64,000 bases of DNA from Acidobacteriota bacterium (GTDB lineage Bacteria; Acidobacteriota; UBA890; WLXD01): assembly GCA_963666215.2 (NCBI GenBank), contig CAXWPL010000005.1, positions 992,001-1,056,000 of the forward strand, given 5' to 3'. The notes under the pieces are model-generated. The model did no database searches. It was given only the letters and a program-made list of their open reading frames with translations, and was not told the origin of the DNA. The translations under genes and the position numbers were made by a program. Positions 40,666 to 50,996 of the stretch are shown one piece after another (the first letter of the stretch is position 1; each line of letters opens with the position of its first letter).

Positions 40666-41435
40666 ACAGCCGTCCCATCACCATCCTGAAGATCGGTGGC
40701 TCACTGCTGACCGAGACCGACGGCTTCGGCGAGGCGGTCGCCGAGGTGCGGGCGCATGTCGATCGCGGCCACGACGTCGTCGCCGTGGTCTCGGCGATGA
40801 ACGGCACCACCGATCGGCTCTGGGCTGCGGCTCACGAGCTGGCGGAGCGCCCCGATGCGAAGCTGCTGAGCTCTCTGCTGGCCACGGGCGAGGACGCCGC
40901 GGCCGCTCTGTTCGGTATCGCGCTACGACAAGCGCCGACGATCGAGGCCGCGGTTCTATCGGCTCTCGAGCTCGGCTTGGTCACCGAAGGCCCCGACCTC
41001 GACGCCACGCCGGTGGCCATCGACGCGAACCGCATTCGCCAGCTGCTGCGGACGCGCGGTGTGGTTGTGGCGCCGGGCTTCGTCGGCCGCAGCGCCGCTG
41101 GCGACCCGACGATTCTCGGACGAGGTGGATCGGACCTCACGGCGCTGTTTCTCGCCGCCGAGCTCGACGCCGTGGACTGCCGCCTGCTCAAGGACGTCGG
41201 CGGCCTGTTCACCAGCGACCCCAAGAGGGATGCGGCTGTCGACGCGTCTCGTAGTGCCCGACGCTACGAGCGCGCCACCTGGGACGAGGTGATGCGCATT
41301 GGCGGTGGAGTGGTGCAACCCAAAGCCGTCCGATTCGCCAAGCGGCACGGCACCGGGTTCCAGATCTCCCCCTTCGGCAGCGTTGGAACGTCGGTCGGGC
41401 GCGGTCCCAACGAGCTGCACGGAGCAGAGGCATGA
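40650..41435 (+). CDS. Aspartate kinase-like protein, catalytic domain only
   Basis: ILKIGGS, VVSAMNGTTD, LATGE, LGRGGSDLTA and KDVGGLFTSDP; no ACT or dehydrogenase domain. Confidence 0.85.
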   Translation: MRDRIDSRPITILKIGGSLLTETDGFGEAVAEVRAHVDRGHDVVAVVSAMNGTTDRLWAAAHELAERPDAKLLSSLLATGEDAAAALFGIALRQAPTIEAAVLSALELGLVTEGPDLDATPVAIDANRIRQLLRTRGVVVAPGFVGRSAAGDPTILGRGGSDLTALFLAAELDAVDCRLLKDVGGLFTSDPKRDAAVDASRSARRYERATWDEVMRIGGGVVQPKAVRFAKRHGTGFQISPFGSVGTSVGRGPNELHGAEA

Positions 41436-42622
41436 GCCGGCCGGCCGCAGGACACGGCGACCGTCGCCGGGCGCAACAGATCACGGTGCCGGACGCCAAG
41501 CGTACCGATGTCGCCGTTCTCGGCGCCACCGGTCTGGTAGGTCAACGGCTCGTGCGAAGCCTCCGCCAGCACCCATGGTTCCGGGTTGGCGAGCTGGTGG
41601 GATCGCCGCGATCAGCCGGCAGGCGCTTCGGAGACTACGCCGACCTGCAGGGCGGCGATGATCTCCCCGAGATCCTCGCTTCGAAGACGCTGCTCGCGCC
41701 CGGTGACGAGCTGTGCTCACCGATCGTCTTGTCGGCGCTACCCGGCCTCGCGGCAGAGGAGTTGGAGCCCACGTACGCCGAACGCGGACACCTGGTGTGC
41801 TCGAACGCCTCTGCTTTTCGCGGCCATCCCGCGGTCCCTCTGGTTGTACCCGAGATCAACCCCCAGGCGCTGGCGTTGGTGGCCACACAGCCGTGGCGCG
41901 GGCGAGCTGGCGGGATAGCCGGGAAAGCCGGTGGCATCGTTGCCAACCCGAACTGCATGGTCAACGGCCTGAGCCTCGTGCTGGCGCCGCTGCATCGCGC
42001 CTTCGGGATCGAGTCCATCACCGTGGTCACGATGCAGGCAATCTCGGGCGCCGGTCGCTCAGCCCTGACCGCGTATCAGACAGCCGGCAGTGCAGCAGCT
42101 GGCAACGTCGTTCCGGCGATCGCCAACGAGGCCCAGAAGGTCGCCAGCGAGCCGCTCAAGATTCTCGACGCCAACTTCCCAGTTTCCGTAATGGTCAACC
42201 GGGTGCCTGTGGAGAACGGCCACTTGGCCTCGGTGTTCCTCAAGCTTCGGGAATGTCCCGCGCTGGCGGCCGCGACTGAAGCCCTGCAGCAATGGCGTGC
42301 ACCTGAGGCCGTTCGCGCCCTGCCCTCGTGTCCGCATCGCCCAGTCGCTGTTTCCGCCGAGCCCGACGCACCCCAACCGAAGCTGCATCTCGGCGCCGGC
42401 AACGGCATGACGGTGACCGTTGGCGGCATCGAAGCCGACCCGATCTACGACTTGCGTCTCACACTGCTGGTCCACAACCTTGTCCGCGGTGCCGCCGGCG
42501 CCTGCCTGTTCAACGCCGAGCTTGCTCTGGCGCACGGTCTCGTGCCTAGCTACGGCCAGGCTCACACGGTTGCCGGCGTCCATCAGGAGGCTCGGTTCCC
42601 AGCGGAGGCAGTCGAGGCGTGA
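41432..42622 (+). CDS. asd: Aspartate-semialdehyde dehydrogenase
   Basis: LGATGLVGQR, PLVVPEIN, ANPNC, MQAISGAG, RVPVENGH and HNLVRGAAG. Confidence 0.93.
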   Translation: MSRPAAGHGDRRRAQQITVPDAKRTDVAVLGATGLVGQRLVRSLRQHPWFRVGELVGSPRSAGRRFGDYADLQGGDDLPEILASKTLLAPGDELCSPIVLSALPGLAAEELEPTYAERGHLVCSNASAFRGHPAVPLVVPEINPQALALVATQPWRGRAGGIAGKAGGIVANPNCMVNGLSLVLAPLHRAFGIESITVVTMQAISGAGRSALTAYQTAGSAAAGNVVPAIANEAQKVASEPLKILDANFPVSVMVNRVPVENGHLASVFLKLRECPALAAATEALQQWRAPEAVRALPSCPHRPVAVSAEPDAPQPKLHLGAGNGMTVTVGGIEADPIYDLRLTLLVHNLVRGAAGACLFNAELALAHGLVPSYGQAHTVAGVHQEARFPAEAVEA

Positions 42623-43443
42623 AACCCGGCTATCAGGGCGAACCTCACAGCTACAGCTTTCAAGCGCTTCACGAGATCTTCCCCGATTCCGAGGCGATCG
42701 GATACGGGAGCTTCGCGGCGACATTCGAGGCGTTCGACCGGCACGAGGTCGATCAGCTGGTCGTGCCTGTCGAGAACTCGACGACGGGCTCGATACTCCC
42801 CGTCCTCGACCGCCTGTCGGGCGAGGGACGCAAGCGGGCGTTCTCGATTACCGCCGAGCACCTGGTGGAAGTCCGACACACCCTGTTCGGGCTGCCGGGA
42901 GCCACGCTCGGAGAGCTGCGCGAGATCCGATCTCATCCCGAGGCGCTGGCGCAGGCTGAACGGACGCTGCTCGAGCTCGACGTCGCGCCCAGGCCCGTGC
43001 ACGACACGGCCGGCGCGCTGCGACAGGTACGGGAGGACGGCGACGCGTCGATCGGCGCCCTGGCTTCGCCAAGCGCGGGCGCCGCTCACGGGCTCGAGGC
43101 GCTGCGTTCCAACGTTCTGGACCGCGAGCACAACACCACCCGCTTCGTCGTGTTGACTCCCGGCGCCCCGGTCCCAGGACACGACGCCAACAAGGCGACG
43201 CTCGTCCTGAAGACCGCACACACGCCGGGCGCGCTGGCGCTCGCGCTCACCGAGCTCGGCCGCCGCGGCGCCAATCTCACACGTATCGAGTCGCGTCCCG
43301 CCGGAGATCGCTGGGCCTACCGCTTCTTCGTGGACCTGACGCACACCCCCGGCCCTGAAGGGCTCGCCCGAGTCGTGGAGCCCGCGCCATCGACCTGCAT
43401 CGACCTGCGCGTGCTCGGCAGCTACGTCGCCGCGACCCTCTAG
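42619..43443 (+). CDS. pheA: Prephenate dehydratase
   Basis: YQGEPHSYS, VPVENSTTG, SHPEALAQ, NTTRF and the ACT motif NLTRIESRP. Confidence 0.92.
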   Translation: MKPGYQGEPHSYSFQALHEIFPDSEAIGYGSFAATFEAFDRHEVDQLVVPVENSTTGSILPVLDRLSGEGRKRAFSITAEHLVEVRHTLFGLPGATLGELREIRSHPEALAQAERTLLELDVAPRPVHDTAGALRQVREDGDASIGALASPSAGAAHGLEALRSNVLDREHNTTRFVVLTPGAPVPGHDANKATLVLKTAHTPGALALALTELGRRGANLTRIESRPAGDRWAYRFFVDLTHTPGPEGLARVVEPAPSTCIDLRVLGSYVAATL

Positions 43444-43476
43444 CGGCCGGCTGGGCGTCAAAGGCAAGATCGGCAC

Positions 43477-44853
43477 ATGATCCGAACGACTTTCCGCCTC
43501 ATCTTCCCCCTGCTTCTTTTCGGGCTCGCCGGGCCCGACGCCGGCGACACCATCAACGTGGGAGCGGCCGCAGAGCGCAATCGAGAAAGAGCCGGCAGCC
43601 CGGCCATCGCTGCGACGCATTCGACGCCCGCGCCTGCTGGCGGCGCTGGCGACTGGCCACAGCACCTCGGGCCGACCCGAAACGGCGTCGTGCCGGCATT
43701 CGACCTCCGCACTGACTGGGGTCGACGGCCGCTCGCGGCAACGTGGCGCGTAGATGTTGGCGCGGGCTTCGCCGGCCCCGCGGTGGTCGGCGGCCGTCTG
43801 TTGCTCTTCCATCGAGTGGCCAACGAGGAGGTCATCGAAGCGCTGAGCGTCGCCGATGGAGCGTCGCTATGGCGCACCGGATACCCGACGACCTACCGCG
43901 ACGACTTCGGCTTCGACGAGGGGCCTCGGGCCACACCGACCGTGGCTGACGGCCGCGTCTTCACGTTCGGCGCCCAAGGTGTGCTGCAAGCGGTCGACCT
44001 CGAGTCGGGTGAGCGACTGTGGCAGATCAACACCCACTCTCGGTTCGGCGTTCGCAAGAATTACTTCGGCGCCGCGGCCTCGCCGATCGTGATCGACGGT
44101 CGGGTGCTCGTGAACATCGGCGGGATCGATACCAAGAGCGACGAGAGCGGCACGACGGGCGCCGGCATCGTCGCCTTCAATGCGGTCAGTGGTGACGTCA
44201 CCTGGACGGCAACCGACCATGGCGCCAGCTACTCCGCGCCAGTCGTCACCAGCCTCCGCGGCCGCCGCGTTGTTCTCTTCTACACGCGCGAGGGTCTCGT
44301 CGAGCTCGATCCGGAGACGGGTGAGATCTTTGCCTGGTTCCGCTGGCGCCCGCGCTCCAACACCTCGATCAACGCGGCGTCGCCCATCGTCATCGGCAAC
44401 CGAGTCTTCCTGTCGGAGGCCTACGGCACCGGCGCCGTGTTGCTCGACCGCGGCGACACCGGCTTCAGCCCGCTGTGGTCAGGAAACGACATCCTGTCGA
44501 ACCACTACGCCACCAGCCTCCACCACGACGGCACGCTCTACGGCTTCGACGGCGCCCTGCATCTCGGCCCCCCCGCCCTGCGCGCCGTCGACCTCGTTAG
44601 CGGCGACGTCGCCTGGAGCCAGGAGCGTTATGGCGGCGGCGCCGTCCTGCTCGTCGGCGACAAGCTGCTGGTTGTACGCGACAACGGCGAGCTGGTTGTC
44701 GCCGAGGCGAGGCCCGACGCCTTCAGGTCCATCGCCCGGGCAGCGATTCTCTCGCCCACTGTCCGAGCCCTGTCGGCACTGGCGGGCGGCGTTCTGTACG
44801 CCCGCAACAACCGCGAGCTCGTCGCGGTCGACCTCCGAGTCCGAAGACCGTAG
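43477..44853 (+). CDS. Secreted PQQ-binding-like (BamB-type) beta-propeller protein
   Basis: Signal peptide, DWPQHLGPTRNG, GPRATPTV, repeated ...SGERLW blades and LYARN. Confidence 0.88.
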   Translation: MIRTTFRLIFPLLLFGLAGPDAGDTINVGAAAERNRERAGSPAIAATHSTPAPAGGAGDWPQHLGPTRNGVVPAFDLRTDWGRRPLAATWRVDVGAGFAGPAVVGGRLLLFHRVANEEVIEALSVADGASLWRTGYPTTYRDDFGFDEGPRATPTVADGRVFTFGAQGVLQAVDLESGERLWQINTHSRFGVRKNYFGAAASPIVIDGRVLVNIGGIDTKSDESGTTGAGIVAFNAVSGDVTWTATDHGASYSAPVVTSLRGRRVVLFYTREGLVELDPETGEIFAWFRWRPRSNTSINAASPIVIGNRVFLSEAYGTGAVLLDRGDTGFSPLWSGNDILSNHYATSLHHDGTLYGFDGALHLGPPALRAVDLVSGDVAWSQERYGGGAVLLVGDKLLVVRDNGELVVAEARPDAFRSIARAAILSPTVRALSALAGGVLYARNNRELVAVDLRVRRP

Positions 44854-44881
44854 CGCTCTGCGCACCCAGCGCCGGCCAGCA

Positions 44882-47227
44882 TCAGCTCCCGTCGAGAACG
44901 AAGTCCGTCATCTCGCGTTGCAGATCCCACACGAGTCTCGGGTCGCGGACGCCGTGGCGTGAGGCCGGGTAGAGCTTCATGTCGAAGTCCTTGCCGGCAC
45001 GCTCGAGGCCGTAGATGAGCTGCATCGAATTCTGCAGATGGACGTTATCGTCGATGGTGCCGTGCAGCAGCAGGAGGTTGCCGTGCAGGTTGCCGGCTGC
45101 CTTGACGACGGACGTCTGGTCGTAGCCTTCTTGGTTGTTCTGCGGCATCCGCATGTAGCGCTCTGTATAGATGGTGTCGTACAGGTGCCAGTCGGTGACA
45201 GGGGCACCAGCGATGCCGTACGAGAACGTTTGCGAGTGGGTCAGGGCGTAGGAGGCCATGAAGCCGCCGTAGGACCAGCCCCAGATGCCGATGCGCTCGG
45301 GGTCGACAGGCTCGTTTGCCTTCAACCAGGCGATACCGTCCTCGATGTCTCGCAGCTCGACCACGCCGAGCTGCATGTAGGCCTCCCAGGTGGGCTTGAT
45401 GCCCTTGCCGGAGGCAGAGCGGTTGTCGCAGTACCAGATGATGAAGCCCTGCTGCGCGAGCATCTGGTGCCAGAGGTAGCGGTTGCCACCCCAGCTGTTG
45501 CGCACGACGGGCGCGTGCGGGCCGCCGTAGTTGTACTGCAACACCGGGTAGGTCTTCGACGGGTCGAAGTCGGGAGGCCGAATGATCATGGTCTCCATCA
45601 AGAAGCCGTCGCGGGTGGGGACCTGCCTTAGCTCGACCTCCCCGAGGCGCAGCTCCGCGAGTTGCGGCGTGGGGTTGGCATCGACAACGCGGAGCAACTC
45701 GCCACTGTCGCCGGCGTGAACGCGTAACTGCGGCGGGGTGCGAACATCCGACCAGGTATCCACGTAGCGCGTCAGGCTCGGGTTGAATCGGGCCGTGTGG
45801 GTGCCCTCAGCGGTGGACAGGCGAGTGAGCCCGAGGTTGGGAGTGCGGCCGGCGAGCCGCACTCGATACACCTGGCTCGCGATTGGACTGTGCTCGATGC
45901 CGCTGAAGTAGACCCAGCCACCCTCTTCGTCGACGCCGTGAAGGTTACGTACCTCCCACTCGCCGTCGGTGATTTGACGCCGCAGCGCCGGAATGTCGCT
46001 GCGGTCAAACGCGTAGTGGTAGAGGTGCTTGTAGCCGGTGCGCTCCGAGAACCACAGGAACGAGCCGTCGTCGAGCCATCGAGGCGCGCCCATTTCCTGC
46101 ACAAACGCGGGCGTGGTCTCACGGAACAGGGTTGTGGCATTGCCGTTGCTCGGATTGCCCATGTTGAGATCGAGCCAGCGCTGCTCGCGGTCCTGCACCT
46201 GATAGACAAGCCGATCGCCCGTGGGATGCCAGGCGACGTTGACGATCAGATGCTCCATCGAGGCGTACTTGCTGGTGTCGACCCACACGGTGTCGCCACC
46301 GATGGCCTTGACGATGCCGAGCGTGACCGTGGGATTCGGGTCACCAGCGAGAGGGTAGTTCGTCACCTCGATCGTCTGGTTGTTGGGCAGGTTGTTGACG
46401 ACAACGAACTCCTTGACCGGCGACTCGTCGAGCCGCAGGTACGCCAGGTGGGTCGAGTCGGGACTCCACCAGTAGGCCTTGAAGTTGCCGCGGCCATAGA
46501 TCTCTTCCTGGTAGACCCAGTCGAGGCGCCCGTAGAAGAGCTCGTCACTGCCGTCGCTGGTCAGCGCACGCTCGCGACCCGACTCGACATCAATCAGATG
46601 CAGGTTGTAGTCGCGCACGAACGATACAAACTTGCCGTCGGGCGACAGTTCCTCCCCCACTTCGGGCTGCGGATCGTAGGTCAATCGCTCCGCCGTGAAC
46701 GCGGCACCGTCGCCCGATCCGTGGCTGACGACGAACAGGTCGTTGGCGTAATTGAGGAGTACCTGCAGCGCACCGCGCGCCAAACCCGTCGCCGCGGTTC
46801 GCGCCAAGCGACTCGCGTCGTCATCTGTAATGCCCGCCAACCCACCCAAAGCAGCCTCCACGGCTCCGATGTCGACGGCGGGCTCGATGTCTCCGTTGAT
46901 GGCGTGAACCTTCATCCAATCCCCGCCGCTCCGTCCTCCAGCAGCGCCGCCGCCGCCACCGGCCGGCGCGTCCTGCTGCAAGTAATGGTCGTCGTCGATC
47001 CACGCGACGACGCGCACGGGCGAGCCTCCGTAGTTGATGCGCTCCGCGGCCTCAGGGCTGTACAACGATGCGAGAGTGATCGCCCCATCTGTCTGCGAAG
47101 CCGATTCGATCATTGGCGCGGCCGCAGAGGTCGACGACCAAGCCAAAGCGACGGAGAGCACAGCGAAGACTGCCGCGGCAGTCGTGGGGGACACGAGAGC
47201 ACGTGTCGGCTGAACTTGGGATGTCAA
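44882..47227 (-). CDS. S9B dipeptidyl peptidase IV family protein
   Basis: DWVYQEE, YWWSPD, YGGPHA, nucleophile GWSYGG, HGTIDDNVH and YPASRHG. Confidence 0.95.
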   Translation of the reverse strand: MTSQVQPTRALVSPTTAAAVFAVLSVALAWSSTSAAAPMIESASQTDGAITLASLYSPEAAERINYGGSPVRVVAWIDDDHYLQQDAPAGGGGGAAGGRSGGDWMKVHAINGDIEPAVDIGAVEAALGGLAGITDDDASRLARTAATGLARGALQVLLNYANDLFVVSHGSGDGAAFTAERLTYDPQPEVGEELSPDGKFVSFVRDYNLHLIDVESGRERALTSDGSDELFYGRLDWVYQEEIYGRGNFKAYWWSPDSTHLAYLRLDESPVKEFVVVNNLPNNQTIEVTNYPLAGDPNPTVTLGIVKAIGGDTVWVDTSKYASMEHLIVNVAWHPTGDRLVYQVQDREQRWLDLNMGNPSNGNATTLFRETTPAFVQEMGAPRWLDDGSFLWFSERTGYKHLYHYAFDRSDIPALRRQITDGEWEVRNLHGVDEEGGWVYFSGIEHSPIASQVYRVRLAGRTPNLGLTRLSTAEGTHTARFNPSLTRYVDTWSDVRTPPQLRVHAGDSGELLRVVDANPTPQLAELRLGEVELRQVPTRDGFLMETMIIRPPDFDPSKTYPVLQYNYGGPHAPVVRNSWGGNRYLWHQMLAQQGFIIWYCDNRSASGKGIKPTWEAYMQLGVVELRDIEDGIAWLKANEPVDPERIGIWGWSYGGFMASYALTHSQTFSYGIAGAPVTDWHLYDTIYTERYMRMPQNNQEGYDQTSVVKAAGNLHGNLLLLHGTIDDNVHLQNSMQLIYGLERAGKDFDMKLYPASRHGVRDPRLVWDLQREMTDFVLDGS

Positions 47228-47392
47228 GGGAGCAGCTACCTTTCAGTTGAGCGCGCCGAGGGCTTGAGAATCTGCCCATTCTAGCGTCACGCGCTCCGCT
47301 ACTCGTGGCTCACAGCGTTCCCGAGCGGCTCAGCCAGGGCACCACCACGCTCTTCAGGATGGTTCGGAGGCGAGCTTGTTGTGCGGGTGACG

Positions 47393-48097
47393 CTAGACCA
47401 GCTGGCGAGCCATCAAGCGGGCGAACAAGCCCTCCTCCTCGCGCAGGCTGGCGAAGGTGCCACTCTGAACGACCTTGCCCGCATCGATCACATAAATGCG
47501 GTCGGCGTTTTCGATGGTGCTGAGCCGGTGGGCGACGACAATACGTGTGACCTGGAGCTGATCGAGGCTGGCGGTGACGATCGCCTGAGTCCGGTTGTCG
47601 AGGGCGCTGGTTGCCTCGTCGAACAGCAGCATGCGCGGGCGATGGACGCGTGCCCGGGCGATCTTCAGGCGCTGACGCTGGCCTCCGGATATGTTCGACG
47701 CGCCCACGCTGATCATCGTGTGCATCTCCATCGGCAGCGCTTTGATGTCGTCCTCGAGACCGGCCGCGCGCGCCGCCCCCCAAGCCTCGTCGAGCGTGAT
47801 CGACGCACCGCTGCCGATGATGTCGAAAAGCGACCCCGCCAGCGCACGGGTGTCCTGCATCACGATGCCGAGCTGGCGACGCACCGCATGGACGTCGAGT
47901 CGTCCGAGATCCTTGTCGTCGAAGCTGACCGTGCCGGCCTCGGGAGTCTCGAAGCCCCGCAGCAGGCGCAGCACCGTCGACTTGCCGCTCCCGGAGGGCC
48001 CGACGAGCGCCACGAACTCTCCCGGATCGGCGCTCACCGTCACGTCGTCGAGTATCGTCGGCCCGTCTTCGCTGTAGCGGAACGTCACGCGCTCGAG
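47393..48097 (-). pseudogene. Orphan C-terminal ATPase fragment of an NHLP/bacteriocin-type ABC exporter
   Basis: GPSGSGKST, LPMEMHTMIS, ISGGQRQR, FDEATSALDNRTQ and LMARQL*; no TM domain and no valid start. Confidence 0.78.
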
Positions 48098-48331
48098 GCC
48101 AGGGTTTGCACACCGAACCACGAGGTCACCAACACCGTGGCGAGCGCGGTCACAAGCGCCACCGCACGCCTGTAGCGCCGCGACCATCTGCACCGAGCGC
48201 GCCTGCGGAATGACGCTGTCGCCGCGACAAGGATGGAGCCCTGCTAGTATCCGACCCGCCGCTCCCGCTCCATCGAGTTGTCCCATCGTCGGCCCAACAA
48301 CGTCGACGCTGTAGCCAGGAGACGTCTGCAC

Positions 48332-48973
48332 ATGAACAGCCGCGCCCTGATCGCCGAGTTCATCGGCACCTTTGCACTCATCTTCATCGGCGCCGGCGCC
48401 GGCGCTATCGGGGCTGGCGGGCTCGTTGGTGTGGCCTTCGCCCACGGCCTGGTGGTGCTCGGCTTCGCCTATGCCTATGGCCACATCTCCGGGACGCACG
48501 TCAACCCGGCGGTGACCGTGGGCCTGTGGGCGGGTAAACAAATCGACACCGCCGGCGCGCTCAGCTACATCGTCGCGCAGTTGGCTGGCGGTGCTACGGC
48601 TGCGTTCGCGCTGCGGGCGATCCTCGGTCCCGAGAGCGGCCTCGGCGCCACCGTGCTCGCCGACGGCGTCTCGCCGATTCAGGGTCTGGTTCTCGAGGCC
48701 ATCCTCACCTTCTTCCTGGTCAACGCGGTGTTCAACACAGCCGTATCGGGCAAGGCGGGCAACATGGCGCCGGTCGCAATCGGCCTGACGCTGACCTTCT
48801 GCATCCTCATGGGTGGCCCTGTCACCGGCGCCTCGCTCAACCCGGCCCGCACCCTCGGTCCGGCGCTCGCCACGGGCAACTTCGCCGACATCTGGCTCTA
48901 CATCGCCGGGCCGATCATCGGCGCCGTCGCCGCCGCGCTACTCTACGGGGCGGTCCTGAAGCCAGAAGACTGA
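48332..48973 (+). CDS. Aquaporin (MIP family)
   Basis: AEFIGTF and two NPA boxes (HVNPAVT, SLNPART); AGGAG SD. Confidence 0.95.
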   Translation: MNSRALIAEFIGTFALIFIGAGAGAIGAGGLVGVAFAHGLVVLGFAYAYGHISGTHVNPAVTVGLWAGKQIDTAGALSYIVAQLAGGATAAFALRAILGPESGLGATVLADGVSPIQGLVLEAILTFFLVNAVFNTAVSGKAGNMAPVAIGLTLTFCILMGGPVTGASLNPARTLGPALATGNFADIWLYIAGPIIGAVAAALLYGAVLKPED

Positions 48974-49018
48974 ATCCGGCGGGACGCGACCGGGGCACGA
49001 GAACACAGCCGATCAACC

Positions 49019-49582
49019 TTGCAATTCTCCGCGCACAAACGATCTGCAGCCGTGCAGGTTCTGGTGCCCTTTCTGCTCGCCACCGGTCTCGGCGTCGCGG
49101 CATTCGTCCGTGGCTACCCGCTCGTCCGCGGTTGGTGGGCGCAGCAAACCTGCGTGGAAACCACGGCGACGGTACTGCGCAGCGAGGCGGTGCCCGTGCA
49201 TAGCCGGTCGATGGCCGGCGGGCGCAACCCGGAGATCGACGGCTGGGTGGTGCAACTCGACTTCGCCCATACGATTGACGGCTCGCGTTACGAAACCCGC
49301 GAGTACTGGATGCAGCGGGTGTGGCGCCGTGGGCTGGAAGTCAGCAGCGCCGCCGACATCGAAGTTCCCTTGGTCTGCTCCGAGCTCCAGGTGTGCTACT
49401 CGTCGGGACTGCCGGCTGAGGCTCGTGTTGCTGGCGACTCGATGACCGCCCAGGCCATCCTCACCGGCCTCGGACTCTGGACCCTTGGCGTGGTGCTGGT
49501 CGGATCCACGCTGTTCGGGGCACCCAAGCTCTGGCGCTCCGAGCTCGCGCGTTCGGACGGCGGCGACCGCGCCAGCGGCTAG
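49019..49582 (+). CDS. Hypothetical two-TM membrane protein (DUF3592-like)
   Basis: TM helix, ETTATVLRSE, IDGSRYE, VCY...PAEARV and a second TM helix. Confidence 0.55.
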   Translation: MQFSAHKRSAAVQVLVPFLLATGLGVAAFVRGYPLVRGWWAQQTCVETTATVLRSEAVPVHSRSMAGGRNPEIDGWVVQLDFAHTIDGSRYETREYWMQRVWRRGLEVSSAADIEVPLVCSELQVCYSSGLPAEARVAGDSMTAQAILTGLGLWTLGVVLVGSTLFGAPKLWRSELARSDGGDRASG

Positions 49583-49663
49583 TCCCGCAACGGCGTTGGC
49601 CGCGCTCGGAACGCCGTACGCCGTACGCCGAAACCCCCGACTGGAGGCTTCGGCTCTTCCCCG

Positions 49664-50125
49664 CTACGCCAACCTCGGACTCCTCGCGGCGGGCCGTCCG
49701 CTCCCCGGTCGGCCAGTCACACTGCCGTTCTCGTAGACCACCTCGCCGCGCCGGATCGTAGTCACAGGCCAGCCCGTGATCGACCAGCCCTGGAAGGGCG
49801 TGTAGTCGGAGTTGGACGGATCGTCGGCCGCATCGACGATGCGCTCGAGCTCGGGATCGAGAATCACGACGTCCGCAATCGCGCCCTCGCGCACAACCCC
49901 TCTCTCCGGATAAAGCCCGAACGTACGTGCGGCCACCGTGGACGTGACCTCCACGAAGCGCTCAGCCGAAATCCGTCCCTTGCGCACACCCTCGGAGAAC
50001 AGCACCGGGCGCATGAATCGGAGGTCGCTGACGCCGGGCCGCAAGCGACCTACGTTCAACTCGGGGTCGAGCTTCTGCTCGCGCGTCCAGGGCGCGTGGT
50101 CGGTGGCCAAGAAGTCGATTCTTCC
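49664..50125 (-). pseudogene. C-terminal fragment of a dihydropyrimidinase/allantoinase-type amidohydrolase
   Basis: IDFLATDHAPW, FGLYPERG, GAIADVVILDP and YTPFQGW...GWPVTTIRRG; the N-terminal two-thirds is missing. Confidence 0.8.
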
Positions 50126-50331
50126 GCCAGATCGCCGGCTGGACTGAGCCGGACGTCGCGCGATTCGCGGCCGAGCTGGGACTCTATGGTGAACGAATCG
50201 AGCGCAACCGCTGGGTCGCTTCCGCAAACGCGGCCCACTGGGCGAAGTACGGCTCAGCGCCGTAGGCTTGTTGAAGATCGATCCCGAGATCGATCTCGAC
50301 CTCATGACGAGTCTGCGACCAGGGTGGGTAG

Positions 50332-50823
50332 ATGAAGCGCTTGATTCTGTTGCGTCACGCGAAGTCCGACTGGGCTGCCGACTATGGCGGCGATCACGAA
50401 CGACCGATCAACCAAAGAGGCCATCGGGCGGCGGAAGCGATGGGCCGCTGGCTGAGCCTCACCGGTCACGCGCCGGATCACGTGGTGTCGTCGTCTGCCG
50501 TGCGGGCACGCACAACCGCTGAGGTGGCGGCCGCTGGCGGAGATTGGGAAGCCGATATCGAGATCGACTCGGCGGTCTATGAAGCCGCCCCCGGCCAGAT
50601 TCTCCAGATCGCGAGCCAGCAACGTGATGACTGCAACACCGTCGTCATCGTCGGCCATCAGCCGGCGATGTCGATGGCCGTCGCGGCACTGATCGGCGGC
50701 GGCCGGATTCGCTTCCCAACAGCGGCCGCCGCGTGCGTGCGCCTCCACTCCGACAGCTGGCAAAGCGTCGCCGCGGGAAGCGGTGAGCTGCTCTGGATGT
50801 TGCCCTCGCGCCTGCTGACCTAG
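50332..50823 (+). CDS. sixA: SixA-like histidine phosphatase
   Basis: LILLRHAKSDW, DHERPI, SSSAVRARTT, IVGHQP and FPTAA. Confidence 0.88.
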   Translation: MKRLILLRHAKSDWAADYGGDHERPINQRGHRAAEAMGRWLSLTGHAPDHVVSSSAVRARTTAEVAAAGGDWEADIEIDSAVYEAAPGQILQIASQQRDDCNTVVIVGHQPAMSMAVAALIGGGRIRFPTAAAACVRLHSDSWQSVAAGSGELLWMLPSRLLT

Positions 50824-50996
50824 GCACGAGACACACGGGCGCGGGTGGCTTGCCCCGGTAGCTAGCCAGCGGCCGGTGTTGTCCTGTGGGATTACGCCAG
50901 GGTTTTGGCGCATCACACATGCGGCGCCACACTAGGCGAGTTCGACCCCCGAGCCGCCTGCTTGGGTGATGCTCATTCCCCAAAAACCTCTCCCGT

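Noticed and set aside
48085-48215. Signal-peptide-like frame (RRAVALVTALATVLVTSWFGVQTLA) next to the ABC fragment
   Set aside because: No in-frame start codon before the upstream stop; may be chance.
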